Shown here piece after piece: positions 61,684 to 64,000 of a stretch of DNA of 64,000 nucleotides (its first letter is position 1; each line of letters begins with the position of its first letter). The stretch is taken from assembly GCF_048593235.1 (NCBI RefSeq), contig NC_133618.1:683190361-683254360 (forward strand). The letters are read 5' to 3'. Source of the stretch: Sminthopsis crassicaudata (taxonomy: Eukaryota). A program made the position numbers and the translations under genes. Under the pieces are notes generated by a model. It ran no database searches and was not told the DNA's origin. It saw nothing but the letters and a program-made list of their open reading frames with translations.

Positions 61684-61977
61684 ACTCTCCAGGTTTGGCC
61701 CCCAGATCTGAGGTTATCCAAATCCAGATGGAAATGACCGAGCTGGAGAGGGACCAGCAGCCGAGGTGGGGAGGGGGACTCACCGGGGGCTTTGGCTTTC
61801 CGTCTTGAACTCTGTTGCTATGGTGATTTGGGGGTGGGGTTGGTCATGATCCTGGCAGGCTGGCTGGCGCTCCAGCCATTCGTTTTTACCTTTCTCGTTC
61901 CAAAGGGCTGAGTGTAAAGGAGTCTCATTAAATCCCTGAAATGAATTTCATTGAAATCTTTTCATTTTTGAAAAGAA

Positions 61978-61983
61978 AATAAA
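61978..61983 (+). terminator. polyadenylation signal AATAAA of the NANOG-like gene
   Basis: AATAAA ~295 nt after the TGA, preceded by an AU-rich stretch. Confidence 0.6.
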
Positions 61984-62679
61984 AATGTTTCCCCAGCTCA
62001 CGGGTGATTTGGAAGCACATCGGACTGTGGCGGCTGCTGCCACAAGGGGACTGGGCTAGCCGGGGACCACCTTTTCTCTCTAGAGCACCCAGTCTTTGGA
62101 AGAGATGGTACTGGGTCCCCGGACTCCCCCCCCCCCAAAGTACTCGTGGAGAACGGGGGAGATAGGCAAGGCATAAGGGGTGTGGTTTCTGGATCCTTCC
62201 TCCCCAGGAAGTCCCTTTTCCAGCTGTGTAAGTGTAGGTGCAGTCAGGTGCAAGCAGCCTCCAGTGGAGGGTGGGAAGTGGGGGAGGGCCGGAGGGCTTT
62301 AAGGAGGAGCAAAAAAGGCCAATTGGATATCCCAGGGGACGCTGGCTGCTGCATGAGGACCGGGTCGGGGCTTACATCCCTGCTGTGGGAGGCCCGGCGA
62401 CCGCGCCAAGTCTTGTCAGGGGCCTAGTCAGCCTCCATCAGACGGATCAGTGTCCTCATCTCTTGGCAGATACCTTCTCCCCTGGGGAGTCTCAGGCGGT
62501 CCAGATTCATTCAGGGCTAGAGAAGCCTTGCGCCGGAGTCGGGGACTTCAAATTTCACTGGACATTAGCTTTCATTATGCTCTTGAACTGTTTGCTTCTT
62601 TGTAAAATGAGAGTTGGACCCAATGGTTGGAAGGTCCCTTCTGTTACCATAGACAGGATCCTAGAAATTGTTTCTCAGT

Positions 62680-63420
62680 ATTTCTTTTTTTTTTTAATGT
62701 GCAAAAAACTTCCTCACACCCACCCTCAAATGAGGAAAAAAACCTAAGCCCCTGCCTGCATTGGCCACATGCCCCCATGCCAACTCCCCCCACTCCTTCC
62801 GGCTCCTGGAGGTGGCAGACGGTTCACTGGAAGCCCTTTGGAATCGGACTCAGCCCTTACACTGATCTAAGTCTTCTAACGCTGTATTCATACTATTCTT
62901 GGCATTAAAAGTTTTTTTGGTTCTGCTCACTTCCCTGTGTGTGCCTCAGTTTACTTCTCTGAAATCCTTCTCTTTATCCTTTCTTCCAACATATTTATAT
63001 GGCATAAATTGTTCACTCATTTTCCAGCTGTAGGCACCTGTTCAATTTCCAGTTCTTTGCCGTGGCAAACTAGAAATAGTGGGTAACTCCTGGAAGCTTT
63101 TCGGGGGGTACATCCTTAGAGGTTTCCGGGAGGAACGCTCCTTCCTTTCTCCTCCTGTTTTCCTGTTAAATGTGTGCACAGTTTAGTTTTTTTTTTTTTT
63201 TTTAATAGCTTTCCATTTTCCAAATACATGCATAGAGAAGGTTCACCCTTGCAAAACCTTGTTCCCAATTTTTTTCCTCCCCCCCATCCCCTAGAGAGCA
63301 AGTGTCCCATCTACCTCCCGTGGGCAGTGGCTTCGGCCTGTGGGGCGAAGCTGTCCTTGCTCCCTGTTGGTGGGCGGCCCCCTTGATTATGGGAGCTGCT
63401 TTTGCTTTTTTCTCCCTCCG
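62680..63420 (-). mobile_element. two antisense L1 3' fragments (one older, one younger with a poly-T head at ~63187-63203)
   Basis: tggttctgctcacttc...ttcaatttccagttctttgcc and tttaatagctttccattttccaaatacatgc...cccttgcaaaacctt. Confidence 0.6.
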
Positions 63421-64000
63421 CAGCTGGACAGCTCCCCTGGATGTTCCCCACTGCATGTCCCAGCTGGAGCCGTGGCCTTTTCTGTGAAAGGCGACACTTC
63501 CCTGCTTAGACTCTGGAGGCCTCGGTTATCCCCTGGATTCTTCCTCTTCCCCCCTCCCCCCCCTTTTTTTTGCATTCCGCCTCTCTCTAGTCTCCATTCC
63601 CACCGCCGCCCCCTCAGTTTATGCTTGGATCCCCACTGGAGGGGGCTGTTCGTTGGTCCTGCTTTTCAAATGCGGCTTCCTAAGGCACAGGGCCCTCCCT
63701 CCCAAGGCTTCCGGGGCTCCCTCTGCCGGCGGGGTAGCAAGCGGGAGAAGCCCCGCACGGACTGGCCCCTACGGCCAGTTACTCTCCAGCAGCTCTCCGC
63801 TGCAGCCCCACTAAGAGCTCCACGCTTTGCCCCCTGTCCCGGCAGTGTCTGCCCACCGACTCTTGCCGCCCTGTTTTCCGCCTCAGACGAACCCTCCGTG
63901 GGCCTCAGGGGCCGGACGGGCTGGGCAACTCAAGATTCCATTCCGTGTCATGCTGCAGTTCAGCCAGTGTGGCCCCTCCGCTCCGTCCGGGGCCAGAAAC

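Noticed and set aside
62420-62516. Possible minus-strand terminal exon (LNESGPPETPQGRRYLPRDEDTDPSDGG*)
   Set aside because: Acceptor-like site and open frame only; no recognisable homolog, no poly(A) signal found, and no upstream exon within the window

Overview
GC-rich marsupial genomic window. The tRNA-derived WSINE1-type SINEs and the L1 3' ends suggest a dasyurid; there are two short N gaps. Genes I can assemble from splice sites: (1) a complete, very compact 17-coding-exon TUBGCP2 on the minus strand; (2) a head-to-head ZNF511 on the plus strand that is heavily remodelled (apparent compensatory frameshift in the N-terminus, two ancestral exons fused, Ala-rich and acidic expansion); (3) an intact intronless SEPT7-derived retrogene with very high GC3; (4) a four-exon, 379-aa divergent NANOG-family homeobox gene with NANOG intron phases and a Trp-containing 20-aa tandem repeat, lying next to ZNF511 rather than in canonical NANOG synteny. 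A probable signal-peptide first exon at 5.1-5.2 kb could be ADAM8 by synteny, but this is unconfirmed. Non-genic structure includes a ~3.15 kb 23-bp minisatellite with higher-order duplications, several G-rich minisatellites, a ~200-230 bp inverted repeat, and L1, RTE, SINE and LTR-like fragments, some visibly GC-shifted. Comparisons with human proteins are from memory; no searches were run.
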